Below are positions 10,541 to 20,488 of a DNA stretch of 64,000 bases, piece by piece; the stretch's first letter is position 1; the number at the start of each line of letters is the position of its first letter. The DNA is taken from the NCBI GenBank assembly GCA_009693575.1, contig SHWZ01000006.1, forward strand, positions 6,523 to 70,522, read 5' to 3'. The DNA is from Flavobacteriaceae bacterium (GTDB taxonomy: Bacteria > Bacteroidota > Bacteroidia > UKL13-3). The notes under the pieces were generated by a model, which saw nothing but the letters and a program-made list of their open reading frames with translations, made no database searches and was not told where the DNA came from. The translations under genes and the position numbers were made by a program.

Positions 10541-13015
10541 TTGAACTACACTGGCGAACACCTGATATGGGGAAACATAGGTCACTTGAGTGTGGCCCTA
10601 GCTTTTGGGGCATCGCTACTTGCGGCGTTTTCATTTTTCATGGCTGCAAGAAACGAAAGTCCTGAAAAACTACATTGGTACAAGACCGGCCGCACCGCTT
10701 TCTGGCTGCACAGTGCTGGGGTGATGGGCATTATCATCGCTCTTTTTGGCATCATCTACAATCACTATTTTGAGTATTATTATGCTTGGCGGCATAGCAG
10801 TCTGGAGCTACCTGTAGAGTATATGATTTCCTGTTTTTGGGAGGGGCAGGAAGGCAGCTTTCTCTTGTGGATGTTTTGGCATGTGGTGCTGGGCAATGTG
10901 ATGCTGGGTTGGGTAAACAAATGGACAAGCCCCGTGATGACAATGGTAGCCCTTTGCCAAGTGGTTCTATCCAGTATGTTGCTTGGGGTAGAAATCTTTG
11001 GCCACAAGTTTGGTAGCAGCCCATTCGACCTGCTGAGGCAAAGTAAAGACATGGGTGCAGCTCCCATTTTTAGTCAGCTCGATTACCTTTCAAAATATAT
11101 TAAAGATGGCAACGGACTGAACCCATTGCTCCAAAACTATTGGATGGTAATTCACCCTCCCGTGTTGTTTTTAGGGTTTGCATCCACCATTATACCTTTT
11201 GGGTTTGCCATCGCTGGGCTATGGACAAAGAACTACAAAGAATGGATAAAGCCGGCCTTGCCTTGGGCTTTGTTTGGGGTGATGGTGCTTGGTACTGGCA
11301 TCATCATGGGCGGCATGTGGGCCTATGAAAGTTTGTCGTTTGGCGGCTACTGGGCTTGGGATCCTGTGGAAAATGCCAGCTTGATTCCTTGGCTCATATT
11401 GGTAGCAGGACTACATACGATGCTCATCAACAAGTCAACGGGACATTCTGTAAAGAGTACTTTTATATTGATTACAGGTTCGTTTTTGCTGGTGCTTTAT
11501 GCCACCTTCCTCACACGCAGCGGTATTTTAGGTGAAAGTTCTGTACACTCATTCACCGACCTTGGTTTGAGCGGTCAACTGCTCATTTTCTTGGGTATGT
11601 TTGTGCTGTTAACTTTATATCTAATCCTTTCCAACTGGAGAAAAATTCCTTCGAACAAGGAAGAACAAAGCAGCTACAGCCGTGAGTTCTGGATGTTCAT
11701 CGGAGCATTGGTATTGCTACTGAGTGCAGGGCAGATATTGTTTACCACTTCTTTCCCTGTTTTCAACAAAGTGTTTGGCACAAACCTGGCACCACCTACC
11801 GATGTGATTGGGCATTACAACAGCATCCAAATGCCCATTGCCATCATTGTGGCATTGCTCACGGGTATGACACAATATTTCAAATATATAAAAACTGACA
11901 AAGGCCAAGTATTAAAACAACTTATTCTCTATGCTGGTATAGCATTGTTGGCTGGCCTTGGCGGTTTTTTCTTTTGGGAATTATACGATCTGCGTTTTGC
12001 CATATTGTTGTTCGCAGCAATGTTTGGAATGATTGCAAACGTTGCTTATATCATTACTGTACTGAAAAAGAAATGGACTTTCTCTGGTGCTTCCGTTGCA
12101 CACATTGGCTTTGGGATGATGATGCTGGGAGTGCTGGTGAGTGCCGGCAAAAAGGAAGTGGTAAGCATCAACCAAAGTGGCGAAACATTTTTTGACACCA
12201 AGAACGAAGCCAACCAAAAAGCCAATGTGGAGCATGTGTTACTTATGCGTGACAAACCTATAACGATGGGAGCTTACACGGTAGAATACAAAGGAGATTC
12301 CGTTGAGGAACCCAACCACTATTTCAAAGTAGATTATACCCAAAAAGATGCAAACGGTGCAATAAAAGAACAGTTCAGGTTATATCCCAATTTGCAACTG
12401 AACCCTAAGATGGGCAACGTGTTCAACCCTGACACTCGACATTACTTGGCCAGCGATTTATTTACCCATGTGAGTGCAGTGCCTGAAGCAAAAATGAAAG
12501 GTAATAAAGCACCCGAAGAGCAAGCCCAATGGGGAATCCCTGAAACCTTTGAACTAAATATTGGTGATACCGCTTTTACCTCAGCCAACCACATGCTTAT
12601 TTTGGAAGGATTAAAAAATAATAAGGAACTACTTCAAAGCGAAGGCAGCCAAGTGAGCCTGATGATGAACGCTCGCATAAGAGTAGTTTCTATGGACCAA
12701 GCCTATATTTCAGAACCAGCCTTTGCTATTCAGAACAACCGCCCCATTCCGACCGAAGCTCTACTCGACGAACTAGGTATGAAACTGCAAATGACCAATA
12801 TTGATTTCATGGAAATGCTGAATACAACTGGTAAGAAAAAACTGGTATCCCTCTCTGTCAGCTACCGACCCAAAACAGAAGATTACATTATCATGAAAGC
12901 CATCAAATTTCCATACATCAACCTGCTGTGGCTTGGCACAATCATCATGGTGCTGGGCAGCTTCATGGCCATGGTTCGTCGTGCTGCGAATTATCGAGGC
13001 AGGAGGTTGGTGTGA
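10541..13015 (+). CDS. ccmF: Cytochrome c biogenesis heme lyase CcmF (CcsA-domain)
   Basis: WEGQEGSFLLW, GLNPLLQNYWMVIHPP, WAYESLSFGGYWAWDPVENAS, TFLTRSG..SVHSF; TTG start. Confidence 0.92.
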   Translation: MNYTGEHLIWGNIGHLSVALAFGASLLAAFSFFMAARNESPEKLHWYKTGRTAFWLHSAGVMGIIIALFGIIYNHYFEYYYAWRHSSLELPVEYMISCFWEGQEGSFLLWMFWHVVLGNVMLGWVNKWTSPVMTMVALCQVVLSSMLLGVEIFGHKFGSSPFDLLRQSKDMGAAPIFSQLDYLSKYIKDGNGLNPLLQNYWMVIHPPVLFLGFASTIIPFGFAIAGLWTKNYKEWIKPALPWALFGVMVLGTGIIMGGMWAYESLSFGGYWAWDPVENASLIPWLILVAGLHTMLINKSTGHSVKSTFILITGSFLLVLYATFLTRSGILGESSVHSFTDLGLSGQLLIFLGMFVLLTLYLILSNWRKIPSNKEEQSSYSREFWMFIGALVLLLSAGQILFTTSFPVFNKVFGTNLAPPTDVIGHYNSIQMPIAIIVALLTGMTQYFKYIKTDKGQVLKQLILYAGIALLAGLGGFFFWELYDLRFAILLFAAMFGMIANVAYIITVLKKKWTFSGASVAHIGFGMMMLGVLVSAGKKEVVSINQSGETFFDTKNEANQKANVEHVLLMRDKPITMGAYTVEYKGDSVEEPNHYFKVDYTQKDANGAIKEQFRLYPNLQLNPKMGNVFNPDTRHYLASDLFTHVSAVPEAKMKGNKAPEEQAQWGIPETFELNIGDTAFTSANHMLILEGLKNNKELLQSEGSQVSLMMNARIRVVSMDQAYISEPAFAIQNNRPIPTEALLDELGMKLQMTNIDFMEMLNTTGKKKLVSLSVSYRPKTEDYIIMKAIKFPYINLLWLGTIIMVLGSFMAMVRRAANYRGRRLV

Positions 13016-13271
13016 ATAATTGCCTGTAGATGTCTTGACTTTTCAGGCTGAGTAGTAATTGTTGAAATGCACATCGAGGTCATAATTTCAATGCAAGAAA
13101 AGTACGTGAGTTGCCTTATTAAGCTACATAAGTTAAAATAGCTTCGGCAATTAAGAAACAAGCATCTGGAATTAGTGTAGTTGTGGCATTTTTCTTATTC
13201 AAAAGAAAAAATCTACGCCATTTTTTGCAAGAAATACATCGCAAATTATACGAGGTACTTCTCGCACTTCA

Positions 13272-14414
13272 CTACACATTCGTTCTGCTTGGGGTGCAGA
13301 GGCTATTGTACATTTCTTCGTAGAGTGGCAATATAATTTTCAAGTCAAACTTATGGGCTTGAACCAAGGCGTTTTTCTTGAAAGTATCGTGCTTTTCGGG
13401 GTCGCTCAATATTTCAATACTTCGTACAGCCATTCCTGCCACATCACCTACCGGGCACAGGTATCCGCTGAAGCCTTCCAAGTTCATTTCCGGGATTCCG
13501 CCTGCATTGCTGCTCACCACAGGCACTTCGCAGGCCATGGCTTCAAGGGCAGCCAAACCAAAGCTTTCGTTTTCGGAGGGTAGCAAGAAGAGGTCACTCA
13601 CGGAGAGGATTTCGTCTACCGCATCTTGCTTGCCCGGAAAAATGACTGACTCATAAATCCCAAGTTCCTTGCACAGATTTTCTATATTGCCCCGCTCAGG
13701 ACCATCGCCTATAAGCAGCAGTTTGCTAGGAAGTTTGTCATTGATTAGTTTGAATATGTTTACCACATTGTCCACCCGCTTCACCTTGCGAAAGTTGCTG
13801 GTGTGGGTGATGAGGAACTCATCATTAGGTGCTATCAGTTTCTTGAAATGCTCCTTCTTTTGCTTGGAAAATTTCTCAAAATCAATGAAGTTGGGAATCA
13901 CCTGGATTTCTTTGTCCTTCACATGAAAATGCTCATAGGTGCTGCGGCGTAAATCTTCTGACACAGTAGTTACAGCATCGCTTTTATTGATGGAATAGCT
14001 GACAACTGGCTCAAAAGCAGGAGCCTTGCCAACTAGCGTTACATCAGTGCCGTGCAGGGTGGTGACCACAGGAATGTGGATACCTTGGCTCCTCAATATT
14101 TCTTTGGCAAAAATGGCTGCGGAAGCGTGCGGAATGGCATAGTGTACATGCAATACATCCAGCTTCTCGTTCTTCACGATGTTCACCAAATGCCCTGTGA
14201 GCGAAGTTTCATAAGGAGGGTAATCGAAGAGAGGATAAACCGACACATTCACCTCATGGTAGAAAAGGTTGTTGTTGAATACATCCATGCGGGCGGGCTG
14301 CTTATAGGCAACAAAATGCACCTGATGGCCGTGCATAGAGAGTGCCTTGCCAAGTTCGGTGGCTACTACACCACTGCCGCCAAAAGTTGGGTAACATACA
14401 ATTCCTATTTTCAT
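13272..14414 (-). CDS. bshA: N-acetyl-alpha-D-glucosaminyl L-malate synthase (bacillithiol biosynthesis)
   Basis: [58 protein letters not shown]. Confidence 0.95.
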   Translation of the reverse strand: MKIGIVCYPTFGGSGVVATELGKALSMHGHQVHFVAYKQPARMDVFNNNLFYHEVNVSVYPLFDYPPYETSLTGHLVNIVKNEKLDVLHVHYAIPHASAAIFAKEILRSQGIHIPVVTTLHGTDVTLVGKAPAFEPVVSYSINKSDAVTTVSEDLRRSTYEHFHVKDKEIQVIPNFIDFEKFSKQKKEHFKKLIAPNDEFLITHTSNFRKVKRVDNVVNIFKLINDKLPSKLLLIGDGPERGNIENLCKELGIYESVIFPGKQDAVDEILSVSDLFLLPSENESFGLAALEAMACEVPVVSSNAGGIPEMNLEGFSGYLCPVGDVAGMAVRSIEILSDPEKHDTFKKNALVQAHKFDLKIILPLYEEMYNSLCTPSRTNV

Positions 14415-14562
14415 TCGCTCAATTGTGGGTTGTTAGCTTTGTCGTTATGGCTTATTAGGTTAAACTTTAGTACGGCACAGCCACCACTTAATTAACACTT
14501 TCACGAAGCTTTTTGTTTCGTTCTGCAATATTCAGGTAAATGAGCTGATATTTGCCGGGTAA

Positions 14563-15042
14563 ATGAAAATCCGTTTCAAGCCATTTCTGGTGATTGTTAT
14601 CCCTATGCTTTTGTTAGGCTGCACTGACGATCGCTTGTTTGAAGGCATCCATTACATTGAAAACAAAACCTGGGACACCAATGAAAAAATTCCTTTTGAA
14701 TTTGAAGTGAAGGATACGAATGCAGTTTATGACATGTTAGTGAATATCCGCATTTCGGGCTATTACCCATATAGCAATCTGTTCATGCAGGTGTATATCA
14801 CCGACCCCAACGGCCACCTTACTAAAAAGTTGGTAGAATATACCTTGGCTGAGGCAAGTGGTAAGTGGGTTGGCAAAGGTTTGGGCGACTTGTACGACTA
14901 CCGCCTCCCCTCGCCCGACCTGAATGAACTTCGTATTTTTAGTATCCCAGGGAAATACACAGTCGAACTCCGCCAAGTGATGCGGGTGGAGAAGCTGGAA
15001 GGTGTGATGGGTGTTGGCATAAGGGTAGTTAAGAAAAGCTGA
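14563..15042 (+). CDS. gldH: Gliding motility lipoprotein GldH
   Basis: Lipobox LLGC; YPYSNLF, TLAEASGKWVGKGLG, G.Y...L.Q.MR...L.GV..VGIRV. Confidence 0.88.
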   Translation: MKIRFKPFLVIVIPMLLLGCTDDRLFEGIHYIENKTWDTNEKIPFEFEVKDTNAVYDMLVNIRISGYYPYSNLFMQVYITDPNGHLTKKLVEYTLAEASGKWVGKGLGDLYDYRLPSPDLNELRIFSIPGKYTVELRQVMRVEKLEGVMGVGIRVVKKS

Positions 15043-15055
15043 AAGACTGGGTCAA

Positions 15056-15087
15056 AAAAAAGCCTACATTCATGACCATAGGCTTTC
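15056..15087. terminator. Probable bidirectional terminator between gldH and the convergent Omp28-type gene
   Basis: A-run, AAAGCCTA...TAGGCTTT stem, located between convergent stop codons. Confidence 0.6.
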
Positions 15088-15104
15088 CTATTTTAAAAAT
15101 ACAA

Positions 15105-17144
15105 CTAGTCTATTACTAATTTCACGGTTTCAAAACTTCCGCTATGTGAAAGTTTGCAGATATAGATACCCTTTGACAACCCGTTACAATTAACAGGAAT
15201 AGTGTATTCACCTGCTTCTATTTGTCCATAATTTTTGGTAGATACAAGCCTACCTGTTATCGAATAAATTTCTAACCGCACTTCTCCTTTTTGGCTAATA
15301 GTTGTTCCTAGTTGGGCTTCTCCACTTGTTGGGTTAGGAAAAACACTCAACCGACAGCTTTCAATCACTGCCTTCTTCAGCCCCATACTCACTGTTGTGC
15401 CAATCACAAAACCATTAGAAACAGCTTGGGTAATTGTGGTAGAATTGGCATTGTCAATTTTTCCGTTCGGGTCTATCAACATTCCAACTATTCTTATTTG
15501 TCCACTTTTCCATTTTGGATCGAGCGGGTAAATGATGTTGTGTGTAAATTGGTCGTTTTCGTTTATAGTTGATGGGAAACTATTGGCCTGCCCTCCAAAG
15601 TTAGGGCTGATATATCGAGCAACGTGGCTGTACCACATTTTGGCAGCAGGCACAGGGTTGGGCAGCACCTCAAAGCCACCCATCACTCCGCTATTGCCGC
15701 CAGAGTAATAATTGGCCTGCTTGTATGCTGCATTGGTGCTGTGAATACTATCTTCCGTAATTACGCAAGCTATTCGGTAATCTCCAGTTGTGGCTTTCAA
15801 AAACTTTGTGGTAAGCGATACTTTTAATGTATTTGTTGTTGCATCGTATATGGCTCCATTCACAATGGTAGCACTAGGTGGCACTACTATTCGGTTCAAA
15901 AAATCTACCTCCATTGCCGATGGGTCAACATCGGTTCCGCGGTCAACTAAGGCAGTTGGGTAGCCGCTTATCAATTTGCCAAAAAGACTATCGTAAGGCT
16001 GATAAACCATGGGGTCAGATGCTCCATTATGAATAGCAATTGGTATAAATAAATCACCATATTTGTCGTGGAGTTTGTCCATAAACACAGCCCCACGTGG
16101 ACACCATCCGCACCATGTGCCAGTACCTTCTTCGGCCACCACTGCTTTGTTGGCGGCGGGCGATACGGGGTCAAGAATTAAAACCTTGCTATCGTCGCTT
16201 GCATCGTCATCTGGGTTTACGGCATTCACTTTTTTCAGCGTGGCAGTCAAGTTATGGATACCTGGTGCAAGTATTATAGGACTTGTAAAATCAAGTGTAT
16301 CGTAGCCAAGTGAGGGTATATTTACAAAAGAAACTGTCTGTGAGGTCTTGTTGCCATTGTAGTCGATTTCTACTTGATAAGAACTGATGGCAGTTGTTCC
16401 CAAGTTCCTCACAATAACAGAAGGCATGGCCTGCTGTCCAGCAAGGTATCCAGACATTCCCATAATTCCTGTCACTGCTACATTCAGTGCTTGTTTGGTA
16501 TACGGAGTGTGGTCGAATTTTACATCATCAATATAAAAAGATGAACCATTGAGCGGATATAAATCCAGCGAATTGATTTGATTTATATTGCTGGCGAATT
16601 TACCTTTTGATACCCCGTCAATCAGCAGTTCCCAAGTATTCGTATTCAAATCAATATCCAATTTGTAGCTGAACCATTGGTTTTGTGGGTAGGTGGTTTT
16701 CAAATGCACATCACCACTTGCACTCCTGCATTCGGTTGTTCGGTCTTTGTTCAAGTAAATATTGATGGCGTATTCTGACCCCATTGGCTGTGTACCCTGC
16801 ACATTCATATAGGCTGAGGAATCTTTGTCAACCCACATCCACATTTCCAGCCAAAACTTTCCAGTGTTATGAGTTTGCCCAAATGGAAGCACCAAATCTT
16901 GAGGCCCACCATTGCTGACAGAGGACGAAAAGAATGCCGCCAAGCTACCGCTGTGAGCTTTTGCCTTGGTTACCTTCACATCCTCTTGAGTTCCCGGTTG
17001 GTTTTTCCAGGTAGTCCACTTGGTGTTTTTCTGGGCAATGTAGTCGCCATTTGTGTAGGCTTCAAAATCATCGCTGAACTGCTGTGCTGAAAGACTGCCG
17101 CCTATTAAGGTCAGCACGGAATAGAGTAATATTTTCTTGTTCAT
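15105..17144 (-). CDS. Omp28-related, thioredoxin-fold T9SS type-A cargo protein
   Basis: Signal peptide; EEGTGTWCGWCPRG, GYPT..VDR, YSHVAR; C-terminal VFPNPT...GIYICKL...KLVID. Confidence 0.85.
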   Translation of the reverse strand: MNKKILLYSVLTLIGGSLSAQQFSDDFEAYTNGDYIAQKNTKWTTWKNQPGTQEDVKVTKAKAHSGSLAAFFSSSVSNGGPQDLVLPFGQTHNTGKFWLEMWMWVDKDSSAYMNVQGTQPMGSEYAINIYLNKDRTTECRSASGDVHLKTTYPQNQWFSYKLDIDLNTNTWELLIDGVSKGKFASNINQINSLDLYPLNGSSFYIDDVKFDHTPYTKQALNVAVTGIMGMSGYLAGQQAMPSVIVRNLGTTAISSYQVEIDYNGNKTSQTVSFVNIPSLGYDTLDFTSPIILAPGIHNLTATLKKVNAVNPDDDASDDSKVLILDPVSPAANKAVVAEEGTGTWCGWCPRGAVFMDKLHDKYGDLFIPIAIHNGASDPMVYQPYDSLFGKLISGYPTALVDRGTDVDPSAMEVDFLNRIVVPPSATIVNGAIYDATTNTLKVSLTTKFLKATTGDYRIACVITEDSIHSTNAAYKQANYYSGGNSGVMGGFEVLPNPVPAAKMWYSHVARYISPNFGGQANSFPSTINENDQFTHNIIYPLDPKWKSGQIRIVGMLIDPNGKIDNANSTTITQAVSNGFVIGTTVSMGLKKAVIESCRLSVFPNPTSGEAQLGTTISQKGEVRLEIYSITGRLVSTKNYGQIEAGEYTIPVNCNGLSKGIYICKLSHSGSFETVKLVID

Positions 17145-17264
17145 TGGTTTGTTATTTGGTTAGCTAATCGGCTGCAATTTAGTAGATTTAGATTGATAAT
17201 TTGCAGAAATAAATTTTTCCGAAGCTATGACCTTGAATACTGAACTCCAGATACCAAACCATCC

Positions 17265-17272
17265 TATCTTTG
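17265..17272 (+). promoter_or_regulatory. -7 promoter element TATCTTTG for the trpS-hisS operon (very short leader)
   Basis: TAnnTTTG consensus 8 nt upstream of the trpS ATG. Confidence 0.65.
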
Positions 17273-17279
17273 CCCAAAA

Positions 17280-18275
17280 ATGGAAACGGTAGTAAGCGGC
17301 ATCAGGCCAACAGGCAAAGTCCACCTTGGAAACTATTTCGGGGCTGTGAAGAATTTTCTGCAAATGCAGCATGAACACCATTGCTTTTTTTTTATAGCCG
17401 ATTATCACAGTCTCACCACACATCCACACCCGGCAGACCTTCATGCTAGTGTGAAGCAGGTGTTGTCCGAATACCTTGCTTGCGGCCTTGACCCAAATGT
17501 GTGTACCCTCTACTTGCAAAGTGACTTACCTGAGACAGCTGAACTGTATATGTTCTTGAACATGAATGCCTATATGGGAGAGTTGGAACGCGTATCTTCA
17601 TTCAAAGATAAAGTCCGCACACAGCCAGATAATGTCAACGCAGGTCTGCTCACATACCCTGTGCTAATGGCTGCCGATATTATTCTTCACCATGCTACAA
17701 AAGTACCTGTGGGCAAGGACCAAGAGCAGCATCTGGAAATGGCTCGCACTTTTGCAGGCCGCTTCAACAGAATTTATGAAACGGAGTATTTTCAAGAACC
17801 ACACGCATTCAATTACGGAAAGGAACTAGTGAAAGTACCAGGGCTTGGAGGGAAAGGTAAAATGAGCAAGAGTGAGAACGAAAACTTAGCCATTTTCTTG
17901 GCCGATGAAGACGATGCCATACACAAGAAAGTGATGCGGGCGGTGACAGACACTGGCTCTGCTGAACCCAATCAGCCCTTAAGCGAGCCCATACAAAACC
18001 TATTTGATTTGATGGCGTTAGTGAGCAGGGAGGATACCTTAAATCACTTTACGGATGCACATGCAAATGCCACTATCCGCTATGGCGATTTGAAAAAACA
18101 GTTGGCTGAAGACATGGTAACCTTTGTAAGCCCTATCAGGCAAAAGTTACAGGCTATTCATAAAGACAACGAATTATTGGCCAAAATAGCCAAACAAGGA
18201 GCAGAGAAAGCTCATGATAGTGCCGCTAAGACCATCAGGGAAGTAAGAGAGATAATTGGGTTTAGAAAATTTTAA
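17280..18275 (+). CDS. trpS: Tryptophan--tRNA ligase
   Basis: SGIRPTGKVHLGNY, YPVLMAADI, VPVGKDQEQH, KMSKS. Confidence 0.97.
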   Translation: METVVSGIRPTGKVHLGNYFGAVKNFLQMQHEHHCFFFIADYHSLTTHPHPADLHASVKQVLSEYLACGLDPNVCTLYLQSDLPETAELYMFLNMNAYMGELERVSSFKDKVRTQPDNVNAGLLTYPVLMAADIILHHATKVPVGKDQEQHLEMARTFAGRFNRIYETEYFQEPHAFNYGKELVKVPGLGGKGKMSKSENENLAIFLADEDDAIHKKVMRAVTDTGSAEPNQPLSEPIQNLFDLMALVSREDTLNHFTDAHANATIRYGDLKKQLAEDMVTFVSPIRQKLQAIHKDNELLAKIAKQGAEKAHDSAAKTIREVREIIGFRKF

Positions 18276-18285
18276 TGCTATTGAA

Positions 18286-19680
18286 GTGAAACCCTCCATC
18301 CCAAGCGGTACCCGCGACTTTGGCCCTTTGCAGGCAGCAAAGCGTAAATATATTTTCAATACCCTTGAGAACGTTTTCAAGTTGCATGGCTTCCAGCCAA
18401 TAGAAACCCCTGCCATGGAAAACCTTCAAACTCTCAATGGCAAATATGGCGACGAAGGAGACCAACTTATTTTCAAGATACTGAACAGTGGTGACTTTAT
18501 GAGTAAAGTACCCCCTGCCACCCTGATCGAAGTCGAAGAGCCAAACTCTAAACTCATAACCCCATACATTTCAGAACGAGCACTTCGTTATGACCTCACC
18601 GTTCCATTCGCCCGGTTTGTGACCATGAACCGCAACGATATTTCGTTTCCTTTCAAACGTTATCAGATACAACCTGTGTGGCGGGCAGACAGGCCACAGA
18701 AAGGTCGCTACAGAGAGTTCTATCAATGTGATGTAGATATCATCGGTTCCGATTCTTTGATGAATGAAGTGGAATTGATACAGCTATATGTTGAAGCATT
18801 TGAAAAATTAGGGACTACGAATTACGAATTACGGATTAACAATCGTAAACTTTTGCAAGGCATTGCTGAGCAAATTGGAGCAGCTGATAAATTCATCGAG
18901 CTAAGCATAGCCATTGATAAGTTGGATAAAATTGGTTGGGATGGAGTGGTTAATGAATTAACAAACAGAGGTTGGGATTCACATAAAATTACTGAGCTGA
19001 AAAGTTTGTTTTTAATTAATGGAAGTTTCGAAGAAATACTTAGCCAATTAAAATCAAAGCTCACTTCAGAAATTGCAAAAAAAGGAATAGCAGAACTTGA
19101 AACTATAAACTCAAGACTCCAAACTCAAGACTCCAAACTCACACCTATAAACTATAAACTCGACCTCGCCCTCGCCCGCGGCCTCTCTTACTATACGGGC
19201 TGCATTTTTGAAGTTGTAGTGAATGACCCAGCCTGCACCTTCAAAGGTAGCATAAGCGGAGGCGGCAGATATGATGACCTTACTGGAATTTTTGGTATGC
19301 CTGGGGTAAGCGGTGTAGGCATCAGCTTTGGTGCCGACCGAATCTACGATGTGATGGAGGAACTAAATCTGTTTCCCGAAGGGCTAGATATGTCAAGCAA
19401 AGTTCTAGTTTGCTGCATAGATGAAGAATCTCTACAAACTGGACTTTCGCTTTGTTCTGAATTGAGAAGAAAGGATATTCCCTGCGAACTTTATCCCAGT
19501 GCTTCCAAAATTAAAAAACAGTTGGATTACGCGAATGCCAAACACATACCTTTTGTAGTCATCATAGGCGATGATGAACGGAAAAGTGGCATATTTTCTA
19601 TCAAGAATATGGAAACTGGTGAACAGCAAAAGTTGAAGATTGAAGAACTTTTCAGTTGCTTAACGCTTAACTCCAAATAG
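18286..19680 (+). CDS. hisS: Histidine--tRNA ligase (GTG start at 18286 preferred; track start 18256)
   Basis: KPSIPSGTRDF, LRYDLTVPFAR, WRADRPQKGRYREFYQCD, ARGLSYYTG, GGGRYD. Confidence 0.97.
   Translation: MKPSIPSGTRDFGPLQAAKRKYIFNTLENVFKLHGFQPIETPAMENLQTLNGKYGDEGDQLIFKILNSGDFMSKVPPATLIEVEEPNSKLITPYISERALRYDLTVPFARFVTMNRNDISFPFKRYQIQPVWRADRPQKGRYREFYQCDVDIIGSDSLMNEVELIQLYVEAFEKLGTTNYELRINNRKLLQGIAEQIGAADKFIELSIAIDKLDKIGWDGVVNELTNRGWDSHKITELKSLFLINGSFEEILSQLKSKLTSEIAKKGIAELETINSRLQTQDSKLTPINYKLDLALARGLSYYTGCIFEVVVNDPACTFKGSISGGGRYDDLTGIFGMPGVSGVGISFGADRIYDVMEELNLFPEGLDMSSKVLVCCIDEESLQTGLSLCSELRRKDIPCELYPSASKIKKQLDYANAKHIPFVVIIGDDERKSGIFSIKNMETGEQQKLKIEELFSCLTLNSK
19100..19162 (+). repeat. 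Nine degenerate heptamer units (consensus AAACTCA/AAACTAT), in-frame inside hisS
   Basis: AAACTAT AAACTCA AGACTCC AAACTCA AGACTCC AAACTCA CACCTAT AAACTAT AAACTCG = 63 nt. Confidence 0.9.
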
Positions 19681-19693
19681 TAAACTCTTTATC

Positions 19694-20488
19694 GTGTATT
19701 TCAAAGACCTACCCGAACGCAAACGAACCCTGCTATTCGTGGTGCTAGGTGTGTTTTTTCTTACCAATGCCTTAGTGGCAGAATTTATGGGGGTGAAGAT
19801 ATTTTCCATAGAAAAAATATTAAATTTAGCTCCACTAGTCTTTCACTTTTTTGGAGAAGATGTACATGGATTCAACCTTACTTGTGGTGTTTTACTTTGG
19901 CCATTTGTATTTATCATGACAGATATTATCAATGAATACTATGGCACAAAAGGGGTTAGGCTACTCTCCTATTTGGCTACCATCATGATTAGTTATGCCT
20001 TCGTTATGCTCTACATGGCTATGCAAACGCCAGGTGTCGACTGGTGGTTTTATAGCAGCAACTATGGTAATGAATTGAACATGGACAAAGCCTACAATGC
20101 AGTGTACGGACAAAGTTTGAACATCATTATCGGTTCGCTTGTAGCATTTCTAATTGGCCAATTAATAGATGTTTTTGTATTTCACAAACTTAAGAAAATG
20201 ACTGGTGAGAAGCACCTTTGGTTACGGGCAACTGGCAGCACTTTGGTGTCCCAATTGATTGATAGTTTTATAGTATTGTTCATTGCCTTTTATGTTGCAC
20301 GCAGCGGACAGCCCAATCAAATGAGTATATCCTTGGTGTTGGCAATTGGTTGTGTGAATTATATCTACAAATTTACGATGGCCATACTGCTTACCCCCCT
20401 AATTTACCTTTCTCACTTTCTAATTGACCATTGGCTTGGTCAAGAGCTATCAAACAAAATGAAGAACAGGGCTCAGGGTGAAGAATAA
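19694..20488 (+). CDS. Queuosine precursor transporter (YhhQ/VUT family)
   Basis: FIMTDIINEYYG, GSLVAFLIGQLIDV, WLRATGSTLVSQLIDS; multiple transmembrane helices. Confidence 0.88.
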   Translation: MYFKDLPERKRTLLFVVLGVFFLTNALVAEFMGVKIFSIEKILNLAPLVFHFFGEDVHGFNLTCGVLLWPFVFIMTDIINEYYGTKGVRLLSYLATIMISYAFVMLYMAMQTPGVDWWFYSSNYGNELNMDKAYNAVYGQSLNIIIGSLVAFLIGQLIDVFVFHKLKKMTGEKHLWLRATGSTLVSQLIDSFIVLFIAFYVARSGQPNQMSISLVLAIGCVNYIYKFTMAILLTPLIYLSHFLIDHWLGQELSNKMKNRAQGEE

